Below are positions 45,130 through 55,763 of a DNA stretch of 64,000 nt, in pieces. A model generated the notes under the pieces. The model did no database searches, was not told the origin of the DNA, and was given only the letters and a program-made list of their open reading frames with translations. The DNA comes from Desulfatiglandales bacterium (GTDB taxonomy: Bacteria; Desulfobacterota; DSM-4660; Desulfatiglandales; Desulfatiglandaceae). Location: positions 7,328,001-7,392,000 of the forward strand of contig OY759599.1 of NCBI GenBank assembly GCA_963662465.1, given 5' to 3'. Position 1 is the stretch's first letter. The number at the start of each line of letters is the position of its first letter. A program made the translations under genes and the position numbers.

Positions 45130-48031
45130 GCCCATGATTTTTAGAAGCACATGGTTTGAATCCTGGCGTCGTTCACGCGGTGGGAGAACTTTGCATGTTG
45201 AACGTCCTGCTAGCCCATTTGATCTGTTTATAATGGGCATCGTGGTTTTTAGCTTCACTTCATTGCTTTTCCTTTCTTTTAACGCTTTCAGCTCTTATTA
45301 CGTTCTGGGTGCAACAGGTTTTATTTTCGGTATTTTATCCTGGCGCTTGCGTTTCAAAATCCAATGGAATATTAAAGAATTTCCATTTGTATTGTTTTTT
45401 ATTCTTCTTGGAAGCCTCATTTTTCGCTTTCAGCCCTATCTTTATATTATCGGTGGTCAGGATCAGGGGGTATATGTAAACATGGGGGCGACGTATGAAA
45501 AAAAAGGTAGCACGTTTATTGTTGATAATGTAAGAAAAAAGGCCATCAAAGCAGGTTTGGGAAAGTATTACGATTCTGCAAATCAGATGAACATGGATGA
45601 GGTGAAATCAGGGGCGTATGAAGGGACGTATCTGCCGGGAATTTATATCAAGGATTCCAGAAAATCGGAATACGTTTACCAGTTTTATCCGTTACATCCT
45701 CTCTGGATGGCGGTGACTGGGAAGCTTTTGGGTGAAGACAATTGTGTTTATTCTCTGGTCTTTTTTTCTTTTTTGTCAATAACGGGACTTTACTTCCTTG
45801 GCTTGGAGTTTCCAGGGGGAACTCGTTTTTCTTCGGCGGTTGTTGGAATTCTGATTGCCTTGAACCCTCTGCATGCTTTTTTTTCAAAATTTCCTGTAAG
45901 CGAAATCGTGGCTTTGGGCTATTCTTCTTTAGGATTTCTTTATCTGTTTCGGTACTACAATAAGACCTCGGGGGCTGTTTCTAAAACCTTGTATCTGTAC
46001 TTGTCCGCGGGATTGTTTGGCTGTATGTTTTTCACTCGGATTACCGGTTTTATGTATATGCCGGTTTTTTACTTTCTGTTTCTTGTCACCCTCATATGGG
46101 AGAAGAGGGCAATCGTGAGGAAACAGCTCTCTTTTTTTTTCCTGACTGTTTTTGGCTTGTACGTATTGTCTGTTGCCTACGGTCTGATTTATTCCTATCC
46201 ATATTGTCATGATATATACCAAGCATCTTTCAGTAGGATATCCCACGCATCGTGGGAAACGGGCATATATTATACGGTTGGGGCAGCGGCCTGTTTATTA
46301 TTGATTGTGTGGGCTTTTAGAAAATCGATAGCTGAAATATTTGAAAAAAATCAGGTCCTAAAGAAAGCAAGAGAAAATATAAATGTAATTTTTTGTTTGG
46401 CCCTGACAGCGATTCTGTTCCTTTCGTTTTATAAGACATACCAATTTGGTTTTACGGATCACTACTCAAAGATCCGTTGGGGCTTTGGTGGACTTGGTTG
46501 GTCATCAATGAAATACTCTAATATCGTTGTTGCCATAGAGTATCTGTCGCCAATGGCGTTTGCTGTTTTTCTTTGGGGCGTGTTGGCCGTGTTCCCGGGC
46601 AAAAGAGATATTTCATGGATCTCTTTAATGTTTTTTTTATGTATGTTTTGGTATTTGGCTACAGTGATCCGATTTTTTACGCCCTATCAATACTATTATG
46701 CGCGTTACTTGCTTACAGAGGTGATTCCCTATACGCTGCTTGCTGTTTCATTGGCGCTAGGAATTTTTTTTCAAAAAGGTAGGCTGGGTAAGACCATTGC
46801 GTTGTCTTTGGCTATAACAATTGCCGGTTATTTTCTATATTTTACAGCTTTTCAATTCATGGGTGAAAGTGCGGATGGCGCCTATGCAGGCATTAAAAAA
46901 ATCGACGAGCTAGTGGATGAGGATGACGTAATATTTTTGTATAGAGTTGATTCTCAGTTACCGTGGGATTTGAGAACGCCTCTTTCCTTTTTCTTTGACA
47001 TGAATACATGTGTTTTGACCAAAATAGCTGATATGGAATCCATAAAAGGGAAATTTTTTTTGATGAAATTTAAAAATGCGTTTATTCTATCTCGAGATCT
47101 GCTAACATTCCCTTTTCTGGAGTTTGTTGATGAAATTAATTTAAAGATTGGAGATTTTGTTGAATCCACTGGTATCCCTAGAAAATATAAATATTCACAT
47201 AAAATTCTTTTCCTTTATAAATTATCTAAAGAGGATCTGACATCAAAGGTGATTTATCCCCTGGAAAAGGTCGATGACCTTGTCAATTTCTACAACGGGG
47301 TGTGGACCAATGGCAATGGGATTATTCGAAACATCGACTATCGATTGGAGCCGAAAGATCGATTTGTTCGAATTGAAACCAACGGGAATGTGCCTGGCAT
47401 GCATGAAAGTACATGGCCAAAACCCGAACTGTATCTTAACGGAATACAACAGGCATATTATTCTAAATCAAAAAATTCCTTTGTCTTTCAGATCATGGGA
47501 GGGATAGCCGTCATTCGAGATCTTCGGATTGTTTCCGAGACCTTTGTTCCCAAGGAGAAAGGGATCGGCAATGATATCAGAGTGCTGGGTATGGATGTGA
47601 GTTATGTTGTCATTGATGATAAATGCCTTACCAATGTGATTAATCCCATGAGCTTCAAGGGTGACCTTGCTCATTTTTATGATGGTGTTTGGACCGATGG
47701 TAATGGCATGATTCGCAATATACAATATGAACTGAAACCGTCGGATCGGTTTGTCTGTATTCATACAAATGGGTGGAATCCTCTTATTTATGATAACAAA
47801 TGGTCAGAACCTGAACTGTATATAAACGGGATACAACAGGCATATTATTCTAAATCAAAAAAAACTTTTGTTTTTAAGATCGTGGGGGATATTCGCGTTG
47901 TTCATCAGATTCGTATCGTTTCGGATACATTTATACCAAATGAGAATGGAATGGGAAATGATAATAGGAGGTTGGGGCTAGACGTTTCGTCTATTGAAAT
48001 TATAGGAGAGCTCCCGTCCGCAATTCCTTGA
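45113..48031 (+). CDS. Large polytopic membrane protein (GT-C-like) with tandem C-terminal domains
   Basis: GGQDQGVY, QFYPLHPLW, many TMs, YYARYL; two ~125-aa repeats. Confidence 0.7.
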   Translation: MAPGNKPMIFRSTWFESWRRSRGGRTLHVERPASPFDLFIMGIVVFSFTSLLFLSFNAFSSYYVLGATGFIFGILSWRLRFKIQWNIKEFPFVLFFILLGSLIFRFQPYLYIIGGQDQGVYVNMGATYEKKGSTFIVDNVRKKAIKAGLGKYYDSANQMNMDEVKSGAYEGTYLPGIYIKDSRKSEYVYQFYPLHPLWMAVTGKLLGEDNCVYSLVFFSFLSITGLYFLGLEFPGGTRFSSAVVGILIALNPLHAFFSKFPVSEIVALGYSSLGFLYLFRYYNKTSGAVSKTLYLYLSAGLFGCMFFTRITGFMYMPVFYFLFLVTLIWEKRAIVRKQLSFFFLTVFGLYVLSVAYGLIYSYPYCHDIYQASFSRISHASWETGIYYTVGAAACLLLIVWAFRKSIAEIFEKNQVLKKARENINVIFCLALTAILFLSFYKTYQFGFTDHYSKIRWGFGGLGWSSMKYSNIVVAIEYLSPMAFAVFLWGVLAVFPGKRDISWISLMFFLCMFWYLATVIRFFTPYQYYYARYLLTEVIPYTLLAVSLALGIFFQKGRLGKTIALSLAITIAGYFLYFTAFQFMGESADGAYAGIKKIDELVDEDDVIFLYRVDSQLPWDLRTPLSFFFDMNTCVLTKIADMESIKGKFFLMKFKNAFILSRDLLTFPFLEFVDEINLKIGDFVESTGIPRKYKYSHKILFLYKLSKEDLTSKVIYPLEKVDDLVNFYNGVWTNGNGIIRNIDYRLEPKDRFVRIETNGNVPGMHESTWPKPELYLNGIQQAYYSKSKNSFVFQIMGGIAVIRDLRIVSETFVPKEKGIGNDIRVLGMDVSYVVIDDKCLTNVINPMSFKGDLAHFYDGVWTDGNGMIRNIQYELKPSDRFVCIHTNGWNPLIYDNKWSEPELYINGIQQAYYSKSKKTFVFKIVGDIRVVHQIRIVSDTFIPNENGMGNDNRRLGLDVSSIEIIGELPSAIP

Positions 48032-48173
48032 TGGCGGTTGTTAATAAATTTTTGGCGCTATGTTAACTCTATTTTTTTCTTGGGACGGCCTTTCAAAATA
48101 AGGGATAAATTAAATCATTGCATCGGCTCAACTACGTTGGTGGAGGAGTTAAGCCAGATACTGGGTAACTAGA

Positions 48174-49124
48174 ATGAAAAAGCTCATTATTCAGATTCCG
48201 TGCTACAATGAGGAAGAGACATTGCCTATTACGCTTGCCGCACTTCCTAAAAAAGTGCCCGGTGTGGATGTAGTTGAATGGCTGATTATTGATGATGGCA
48301 GTACGGATCAGACTTTGAAGGTGGCCAGGGAACATGGTGTGGTTCACACCGTTTCCCATCCCAAAAATTTGGGTTTGGCAAAGGCGTTTATGACCGGGAT
48401 CAGTGAGAGCCTTAAGCGTGGAGCGGACATTATCGTCAACACTGATGCGGATAATCAGTACTGTGCGGACGATATCCCCAAGCTTATAAAACCCATTCTG
48501 TTGGGTGAAGCGGAAATTGTGGTGGGTGCGCGTCCCATCTCGGAAATCAAACATTTTTCGTCGGTGAAGAAAATGCTTCAGAAACTGGGAAGTTGGACTG
48601 TTCGTATTGCAAGCAAAACAGATATCCCTGATGCCACCAGTGGTTTTAGAGCTATTTCAAAAAACGCAGCTGGGCAGCTGAATGTATTTAATAACTATAC
48701 CTACACACTTGAAACAATAATACAGGCAGGACAGAAAGACATCCCCATTACATGGATTCCCATACGTGTCAATAAGGACCTTCGCCCATCGAGGTTGATA
48801 AAGAGCATCCCAACGTATATTAGAAGATCCATAATGACCATTTTGAGGATATTCGTGGTTTATAAACCCTTCAGGTTTTTTATGACCATTGGGGCCGGTC
48901 TTTTAGCGGTGGGCACGTTAATCGGGGCCCGCTTTTTATATTATTATTTTATCGAGAATGGTGATGGTCATATTCAGTCTCTCATTCTTGCCAGTATCCT
49001 GATCGGGGTAGGTTTTCAAACTATCATGGTCGCATTTGTGGCCGATCTCCTGAGCGTCAACAGGAGGTTGCTGGAGGCGTTGCAGACTGGGAAGAGAAAG
49101 GATGGTCATGAGGAATCATCCTGA
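48174..49124 (+). CDS. Glycosyltransferase family 2 (polyprenol-phosphate glycosyltransferase-like)
   Basis: IPCYNEE, IDDGSTD, DADNQY, DATSGFRA; two C-terminal TMs. Confidence 0.92.
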   Translation: MKKLIIQIPCYNEEETLPITLAALPKKVPGVDVVEWLIIDDGSTDQTLKVAREHGVVHTVSHPKNLGLAKAFMTGISESLKRGADIIVNTDADNQYCADDIPKLIKPILLGEAEIVVGARPISEIKHFSSVKKMLQKLGSWTVRIASKTDIPDATSGFRAISKNAAGQLNVFNNYTYTLETIIQAGQKDIPITWIPIRVNKDLRPSRLIKSIPTYIRRSIMTILRIFVVYKPFRFFMTIGAGLLAVGTLIGARFLYYYFIENGDGHIQSLILASILIGVGFQTIMVAFVADLLSVNRRLLEALQTGKRKDGHEESS

Positions 49125-49323
49125 TTGAGGTGTAAGATTCCAGGTTTCAGGTTTAATGCGGTACAGGAGAACTGTAGCGCCAGGGGCTGAAAAGGAGTCC
49201 AAAAGACGTCCGAAGTTGTTGAGATGCTTTTTGATTGGGCAATGGACCATATCTCATAGAATGAAAATTCATGATATAGACGAGGAACGGAATCTAGATT
49301 TTTTCTAGAAAGGCGATTGTCAA

Positions 49324-50121
49324 ATGAAAGTTGTGATCTTATGTGGAGGAGAGGGAACGCGAATTCGATCGGTATCAAATGAGGTTCCCAAGCCAATGGT
49401 CGAAATCGGGAATTTTCCGATCCTTTGGCATATCATGAAATACTACTCATGCTGGAATTATAAAAATTTTGTTTTATGCTTGGGATATAAAGGTAAGGTT
49501 ATTAAGGATTTTTTTTTGAATTATAAGGCACATGTAAGTGATTTTACAATTGATTTAGAAAAAAGTAACGATATCGACTATCATAATGAAACCCTCGGTT
49601 TGGATTGGAAAGTTACCCTTGCGGAAACGGGACTAAAGACCATGACAGGCGGGAGGATTGGTCGGATCAAAAAATACCTTCATGATGATCATGCTTTTAT
49701 GCTTACATATGGTGATGGTCTTGGTAATATAAATCTCGATGATCTGATTCGTTTTCATAAACATCATGGAAAGATCTTGACAGTGACCGGTGTAAGGCCT
49801 CCAGGGCGGTTCGGAGAACTGGTGGGGGATTCCCAAGGAACGGTTATCGAGTTTAATGAGAAACCGCAGGCCACGGGAGGAAGGATTTCGGGTGGTTTTT
49901 TTGTCTGTAGACGAGAGATTTTTGACTATTTAGATGAGAGTAAAGGTCTGGTTTTTGAAAAAGAGCCCATGAGGAATCTCGTCAGAGACAATCAGTTAAT
50001 GGTTTATGATCACGATGGCTTCTGGCAGTGTATGGATACCTATCGTGACTATCAGCTCTTGAACAATCTTTTTGACGCTGGGGAAGCCCCTTGGATGATT
50101 TGGGGGCGAAGCACCAACTAA
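49324..50121 (+). CDS. rfbF: Glucose-1-phosphate cytidylyltransferase
   Basis: LCGGEGTRI, PKPMVEIG, TMTGGRI, TYGDG, FWQCMDT. Confidence 0.93.
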   Translation: MKVVILCGGEGTRIRSVSNEVPKPMVEIGNFPILWHIMKYYSCWNYKNFVLCLGYKGKVIKDFFLNYKAHVSDFTIDLEKSNDIDYHNETLGLDWKVTLAETGLKTMTGGRIGRIKKYLHDDHAFMLTYGDGLGNINLDDLIRFHKHHGKILTVTGVRPPGRFGELVGDSQGTVIEFNEKPQATGGRISGGFFVCRREIFDYLDESKGLVFEKEPMRNLVRDNQLMVYDHDGFWQCMDTYRDYQLLNNLFDAGEAPWMIWGRSTN

Positions 50122-50167
50122 AGGTGATATCCTGTTGACGGTCGATATTCTGGAGGTACATGAGATT

Positions 50168-50617
50168 ATGGTGGAAGGTGTTAAGATAAATCAACTCAGA
50201 CAAATATTAGATGAACGTGGGAAAGTGATGCATATGTTGCGGAATGATGATGTGTGCTTTGATCGGTTTGGCGAGATCTATTTTTCCTGCATATATCCGG
50301 GAACAATCAAAGCCTGGCATTTACACAAAGAGATGACCCTCAACTATGCGGTCCCTTTTGGTAATATCAAGTTCGTGCTTTACGATGATCGGCCGGGGAG
50401 TCAAACCAGGGGTGAAAGGCAGGAAATTTTCCTGGGGCCGGATAACTATTGTCTGGTTACAGTTCCTCCCCTTGTTTGGAATGGTTTTAAAGGGCTCGGT
50501 AATGCAATGACCATCGTGGCCAATTGCGCGACACTTCCCCATGACCCTTCGGAAATTGAGCGTCGTGATCCTTTTGACCCCTACTTCTCTTATGATTGGG
50601 AAATAAAACACGGGTAA
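50168..50617 (+). CDS. RmlC-like cupin NDP-4-keto-6-deoxyhexose epimerase
   Basis: DERG, KAWHLH, YDDR..S.T, VPPLVWNGF. Confidence 0.85.
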   Translation: MVEGVKINQLRQILDERGKVMHMLRNDDVCFDRFGEIYFSCIYPGTIKAWHLHKEMTLNYAVPFGNIKFVLYDDRPGSQTRGERQEIFLGPDNYCLVTVPPLVWNGFKGLGNAMTIVANCATLPHDPSEIERRDPFDPYFSYDWEIKHG

Positions 50618-50690
50618 ACGGAAAGACTATACCTCTGATCTTGGATCCATTTTTCATGTATGTATTTATTTTAACCCGGTTAAAAATGAT

Positions 50691-51800
50691 ATGGAAAATC
50701 TCTTTTTAGGCAGTTACAAAAATAGACGGGTTCTTATTACTGGGCACACGGGATTTAAGGGTAGCTGGTTAGCTCTTTTTACCCTTCATCTGGGTGCCGA
50801 AGTAGCAGGATATTCAATGGATGTTCCTACAGAACCCAGCAACTTCGAAATATGTGCTCTTTCCCATTATTTGGACCATTTTATTGGGGATGTAAGGGAT
50901 TACGATCGGCTTCAAAGCGTGTTTTCGCGGTTTGAGCCCGAAATTGTTTTTCACCTTGCGGCGCAACCCATTGTCAGGGAATCTTACCGAAATCCAAAAT
51001 TGACCTTTGATACAAATATCGGAGGTACGGTCAATTTGCTGGAGTGTGTTCGAAGGACGGATTCCGTCAAAGCGGTGGTGGTGATTACAAGTGATAAATG
51101 CTATAAAAATTTTGAGTGGGAGTGGGGATATCGAGAATGTGATATTCTGGGTGGAAAGGACCCGTATAGTTCCTCAAAGGCATGCTCTGAATTAATTTGT
51201 CGATCCTATTATGACTCCTTTTTTTCTGGAAAAGTTTTTCCTCGTGTCGCTACAGCTAGGGCCGGAAATGTGATCGGGGGAGGCGACTGGGCATATGATC
51301 GAATTATTCCGGATTGTGTGAAAGCGTTTATCAAAAGGGAAGCAGTTGTTATGAGGAATCCGATGTCTGTGCGACCCTGGCAACATGTTCTCGAGCCTTT
51401 GAGTGGTTATTTGTGGCTCGGAGCATTACTCTTGGAAAAGGGGAGTGCTAAGTCGGGTGATGCCTATAATTTTGGGCCCTTGTATGACTTCAATCAAACT
51501 GTTCAAGAGGTAGTCCGCCAATTTTCTGAACATTGGGAAGGGAGTCGATGGTTGATTTCTGGAAATAAATCCGAAAAGAGGCAAGAATCGGGCGTTTTGA
51601 ATTTAAACTGCGATAAGGCTCGGCATTTCTTGAAATGGCATGCTTTGTTAACTTTAGAAGAAACCATAAGGATGACAGCGGATTGGTATAAGTCCCACTA
51701 TTTGGAAAATTGCAACATGTATCAATTTTCGATAAAACAGATTAATGATTATATCGAAAAGGCTGCACGTCTGAAGTTGAAATGGACTGAGGTCGTTTAG
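50691..51800 (+). CDS. rfbG: CDP-glucose 4,6-dehydratase
   Basis: ITGHTGFKGSWL, TSDKCY, DPYSSSK, RAGNVIGGGDW, RPWQHVLEPL. Confidence 0.95.
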   Translation: MENLFLGSYKNRRVLITGHTGFKGSWLALFTLHLGAEVAGYSMDVPTEPSNFEICALSHYLDHFIGDVRDYDRLQSVFSRFEPEIVFHLAAQPIVRESYRNPKLTFDTNIGGTVNLLECVRRTDSVKAVVVITSDKCYKNFEWEWGYRECDILGGKDPYSSSKACSELICRSYYDSFFSGKVFPRVATARAGNVIGGGDWAYDRIIPDCVKAFIKREAVVMRNPMSVRPWQHVLEPLSGYLWLGALLLEKGSAKSGDAYNFGPLYDFNQTVQEVVRQFSEHWEGSRWLISGNKSEKRQESGVLNLNCDKARHFLKWHALLTLEETIRMTADWYKSHYLENCNMYQFSIKQINDYIEKAARLKLKWTEVV

Positions 51801-51801
51801 T

Positions 51802-52773
51802 ATGGTACCCAAAACAGTTCTTATTACCGGTGGTTTAGGATATCTCGGTGGGCGAATGGCCGCCTATCTAAAAAGGAAGCATCCTCATGTCAATATTGTT
51901 TTGAGTACAAGAAAGCAGAGAATTCCAAAATGGGCTCATGGGTTCAAAATTGTACAAATGGACTTGGCGCAACTGGATGGCGAAATGGATTGGTTGAGCA
52001 ACGTGGATGTAATCATTCATTTGGCAGCGATGCATCAAACGGATTGTGAGAAAAACCCTAGAAAAGCCTTTGAGGTCAACACATTAGGGACATACGATCT
52101 TTTAAGGGCTGCTTTTGAAAAAAATGTAAGGTATGTGGTTTATTTTTCAACATTTCATGTTTATGGTCCCCCTGGGAAAGATGTTTTAATTGAAGATTCT
52201 CCAACCCGCTGTGTTCACCCATATGCATATACGCATCGGGCCGCTGAAGATGTGGTCAATTATTTTAGCCACTACAAACAGGTTTGTTCCATAATCTTCC
52301 GAGGTTCAAATGGTTATGGTTATCCAATGAATATCGACGTGGACCAATGGATGTTGGTTTTCAATGACTTCTGTAAACAGGCTGTAACGACCAGGAGGAT
52401 CGTCATTAATTCTTCCGGTAAGCAGCATAGGAATTTTATTTGTTTGGAAGATATGGCCCGAGCTGTTGAACACTTTCTTTTTGATCCGGGGTGTGTCTGG
52501 GGGAATGAAGTTTATAATTTGGCTGGAGATCGTTCCATATCCATATATAAGGTTGCTGAAAGAGTTGCAGAGATATATGAGTGGAAATATAAGAAAAGCG
52601 TAAAGGAAATTGCGGTCAAGACGGAACGGGGTTCAGATGGGGAAGGATTGCCGGTTCATATTAGTATGGAGAAATTAAAAAGGACCGGTTTCAGGCTGAA
52701 AGGAGATATGGACCTTGAAATCGATAAAACCCTGGGGATATGTGAGGGATTTGTGAACGCGGGTCGGTTTTGA
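51802..52773 (+). CDS. NAD-dependent sugar epimerase/reductase (extended SDR)
   Basis: TGGLGYLG, IHLAA, STFHVYG; YAYTH in place of YxxxK. Confidence 0.85.
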   Translation: MVPKTVLITGGLGYLGGRMAAYLKRKHPHVNIVLSTRKQRIPKWAHGFKIVQMDLAQLDGEMDWLSNVDVIIHLAAMHQTDCEKNPRKAFEVNTLGTYDLLRAAFEKNVRYVVYFSTFHVYGPPGKDVLIEDSPTRCVHPYAYTHRAAEDVVNYFSHYKQVCSIIFRGSNGYGYPMNIDVDQWMLVFNDFCKQAVTTRRIVINSSGKQHRNFICLEDMARAVEHFLFDPGCVWGNEVYNLAGDRSISIYKVAERVAEIYEWKYKKSVKEIAVKTERGSDGEGLPVHISMEKLKRTGFRLKGDMDLEIDKTLGICEGFVNAGRF

Positions 52774-52833
52774 TGGGATTTTAAGGTTAGTGTAACCTCA
52801 TTTTTTAACCCTAAATAATAGTGAAGATTGGCC

Positions 52834-54693
52834 ATGGAAAAATTGTTAAAATTAGGGTGTTTAATAAGGCTAACATGTGGAGTTTTATGGGTCGTCATTG
52901 GTGTATTGCCTGCAGAGGGGAGTTCTTTGGTAAATCGTGTCATGCCAATTGAGAAGATCATCTGGCATCCTCTGGTCATCGATTTCTTGGGGCCAGAGCT
53001 TGATGCGTCCGATTTCGACCCAAACCCATTTCTTGATTTTAAGCTGGACGTTTTTTTTAGAGGTCCAAACGGCGCCGGATATCTAGTCCCCGGGTTTTTT
53101 GATGGGGACGGGCGCGGCGGGAGCTTCGGGAATATATGGCGGGTTAAATTTACGCCGGATCGGCCCGGATATTGGACGTATGAAGTTTTTTTTCGGCAAG
53201 GTCAAAACATTGCTGTTCAACCAAATTATAGTGAAAGCCATCCAACAGCATTTAATGGAGCGGAAGGATTCTTTTTTGTTAAGGAACAAAAAAAACCGGC
53301 AGAAGGATTTCTGAGCAAAGGAAGGGCAGTCTATCATAAAGATACCTATTATCTTAAAACATTGGGAGATGGAAAGTTTTGGATAAAGGGGGGGACGAAT
53401 AGCCCGGAGAACTTTTTGGGGTATGCAGGTTTTGATAACACAAGTCCGGATCCAAATCATCCGGAGCGGTTTCATCGTTTTGAGAGTCATGCCCGACATT
53501 GGACGATTGAAGATGCGAACTGGGTTGGTGAAATGGCTGATGGCAAAAATATTATTGGGGCGCTGAATTATCTATCTTCAAAGCATGTTAACTCAATTTA
53601 TGTAAATCTCAATAACATTGGGGGTGATGGACGGGACACTTGGCCTTACAGGGGTGAAATAGACCGCGAAGGTAGTGAGGATAATGATAATAAACATTTG
53701 GACATCGGAAAATTGATGCAGTGGGAAATAGTATTTTCACACGCTCAAAAAAAAGGGATCTTTCTGCATTTTGTTCTAAATGAAGGAGAACTCAAGAATA
53801 AGATGGAGCTGGATGATGCGACCCTTGGTGTTGAAAGAAAACTGTATTATCGGGAAATGATCGCAAGGTTCGCTCATCACAACGGGATTCAATGGAATTT
53901 GTGTGAAGAATATGATGGGACGGGACTTCCATTGAGTCCTGATAACATAAAAATTTGGGCTGGCTTTATCAAAGGTATGGACCCGTATGGTCACCCAGTG
54001 ACGGTTCACAATTGGGATCCGTCCGCATGGTATCCGTTTTACGGTGATGAGCGATTTGGCCTTATATCGTATCAGTATCGGGGAGATATGAGTTATGGCG
54101 TGAAGGTTGAGCATATGCGGAAACAAGCCTTTGAAGCGGGGAAAGTTATCCCTGTCTGTATCGATGAGAGCCACCATACTTCCCGGGAAAACAGCTACGG
54201 GTGTTCTGTTTTGGGCTGGCTTTATAAATGCGGTCAGCAGAGCATTCGGAAAAGGATCATCTATCCTGTCTATTTTTCCGGTGGTTCTGTTGAACTCATT
54301 CTTGAAGATCTTCTCGAAACGGAAGATTTTGAGATATATGAAAGGGTATGGGATTATATGTTTTATGCACGGTCATTTCTTCAGGCTCTTCCGTTTTGGG
54401 ATATGTCGCCCAATGACCATCTTTTGATCGGGGAAGAAGGTGATGGGGAAGTTTTTTCAAGCAAAACAGTCTTTGCTATTTTTCTCCCTGAGGGGGGGGG
54501 AAGTTTTTTTGATTTGCGTGAAACTCCCGGGTTTTTCATAAAACGATGGTATAATCCTCGCAAAGGGGTTTTTGAAGGCGATTGTTCTATACTAAGGGGG
54601 GGCCGTATTGTTTCTCTCGGGTTGCCGCCAAGTGTCATATCCGATGATTGGGTGCTGATGGTTGAACCCCTGGCTTTTTTTAGAAGTTTATAA
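52834..54693 (+). CDS. Exported DUF5060/glycoside-hydrolase-like protein
   Basis: Signal-like N-terminus; PGFFDGDG...WRVKFTPD..G.W.Y, WNLCEE, HPVTVH, WYNPRKG. Confidence 0.7.
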   Translation: MEKLLKLGCLIRLTCGVLWVVIGVLPAEGSSLVNRVMPIEKIIWHPLVIDFLGPELDASDFDPNPFLDFKLDVFFRGPNGAGYLVPGFFDGDGRGGSFGNIWRVKFTPDRPGYWTYEVFFRQGQNIAVQPNYSESHPTAFNGAEGFFFVKEQKKPAEGFLSKGRAVYHKDTYYLKTLGDGKFWIKGGTNSPENFLGYAGFDNTSPDPNHPERFHRFESHARHWTIEDANWVGEMADGKNIIGALNYLSSKHVNSIYVNLNNIGGDGRDTWPYRGEIDREGSEDNDNKHLDIGKLMQWEIVFSHAQKKGIFLHFVLNEGELKNKMELDDATLGVERKLYYREMIARFAHHNGIQWNLCEEYDGTGLPLSPDNIKIWAGFIKGMDPYGHPVTVHNWDPSAWYPFYGDERFGLISYQYRGDMSYGVKVEHMRKQAFEAGKVIPVCIDESHHTSRENSYGCSVLGWLYKCGQQSIRKRIIYPVYFSGGSVELILEDLLETEDFEIYERVWDYMFYARSFLQALPFWDMSPNDHLLIGEEGDGEVFSSKTVFAIFLPEGGGSFFDLRETPGFFIKRWYNPRKGVFEGDCSILRGGRIVSLGLPPSVISDDWVLMVEPLAFFRSL

Positions 54694-54695
54694 AG

Positions 54696-55763
54696 ATGAA
54701 AAGAAATATCAGAGTTTGCTATGTGGCTGGAAGAGAGGCTGGTTATTCGCGGAGCCGTACCGTGATTGCGGCACTCAGGCTTGCAGGCTTTGAGGTGGCG
54801 ACGTGTCTACCCAAGAATAAGCGATTTTCAAATTACCCACAAATCATCCTGGATTTTCTGAGAAAAAAAAAGGGTTGTGATCTTGTGATGGTGGGTTTTT
54901 ATGGGCAGCTGCTTCTACCTCCTGTTTGGATTTTTTCAAGAAAGCCCATCCTTTTTGATCTTTATATTACCACGTTCGGTACGATGATAGATGATCGCCA
55001 AAAAGCAAGGGCGGGGAGCTTGCTGGGAAAGCTTTTTTGGCTGCTGGATAAAATATCAATGACCTTTGCCAAAACCATTTTGATTGAGACGCGAGATCAT
55101 ATAAAGGTATATGCCAAAGGTTTTCGCATACCGGAAAATAAATTCAGACAAGTTTTTTTGGCGTTGGATCCGGTGATTGTAAGGCCTAAACCGCCTGACC
55201 GCGACTCTGGAAAATTCCTGGTTCATTTCCACGGCGAATATGCTCCTTTTCACGGTGTGAAATTTATTTTAAAGGCCGCGGATCTTCTTCGAGATGAAAA
55301 TGTGGAATTTCAGATTATTGGAAAGGGAATCACCTGGGACCAGGATATGCGACTGGCTCGAGAGCTCAATTTAAAAAATTGTAGATTTATCGATTGGGTG
55401 CCTTATGAAGAACTCGCTGATTATATGTCAAAGGCCCAAGTCTGTCTGGGTATCTTCGGGGAGAACCCCAGAACATCGCGGGTTTTGACCAATAAGGTAA
55501 TTGAATGTCTTGCCGTGGCAAAGCCCCTCATTACGGCAAAGAACAATAGTGTTCAGGAACTGGTGAAAAATGGTGAAAGTGCAATCCTTATCGATCGGGC
55601 TGACCCCGAAGCTATTGCCGCGGCTGTTCGCCGATTAATGAGGAATTCAATGTTGAGGAAGAGGATAGGGCGAGCCGGATATGAGATTTTCCTGCAAAAT
55701 TGTACGCTATCTGTTTTTTCAAATCGTTTAAAACGTATTGTACAGGAGATGATACCGCATTGA
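54696..55763 (+). CDS. Glycosyltransferase family 4
   Basis: FHGEYAPFHG, CLGIFG, NKVIECLA. Confidence 0.88.
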   Translation: MKRNIRVCYVAGREAGYSRSRTVIAALRLAGFEVATCLPKNKRFSNYPQIILDFLRKKKGCDLVMVGFYGQLLLPPVWIFSRKPILFDLYITTFGTMIDDRQKARAGSLLGKLFWLLDKISMTFAKTILIETRDHIKVYAKGFRIPENKFRQVFLALDPVIVRPKPPDRDSGKFLVHFHGEYAPFHGVKFILKAADLLRDENVEFQIIGKGITWDQDMRLARELNLKNCRFIDWVPYEELADYMSKAQVCLGIFGENPRTSRVLTNKVIECLAVAKPLITAKNNSVQELVKNGESAILIDRADPEAIAAAVRRLMRNSMLRKRIGRAGYEIFLQNCTLSVFSNRLKRIVQEMIPH

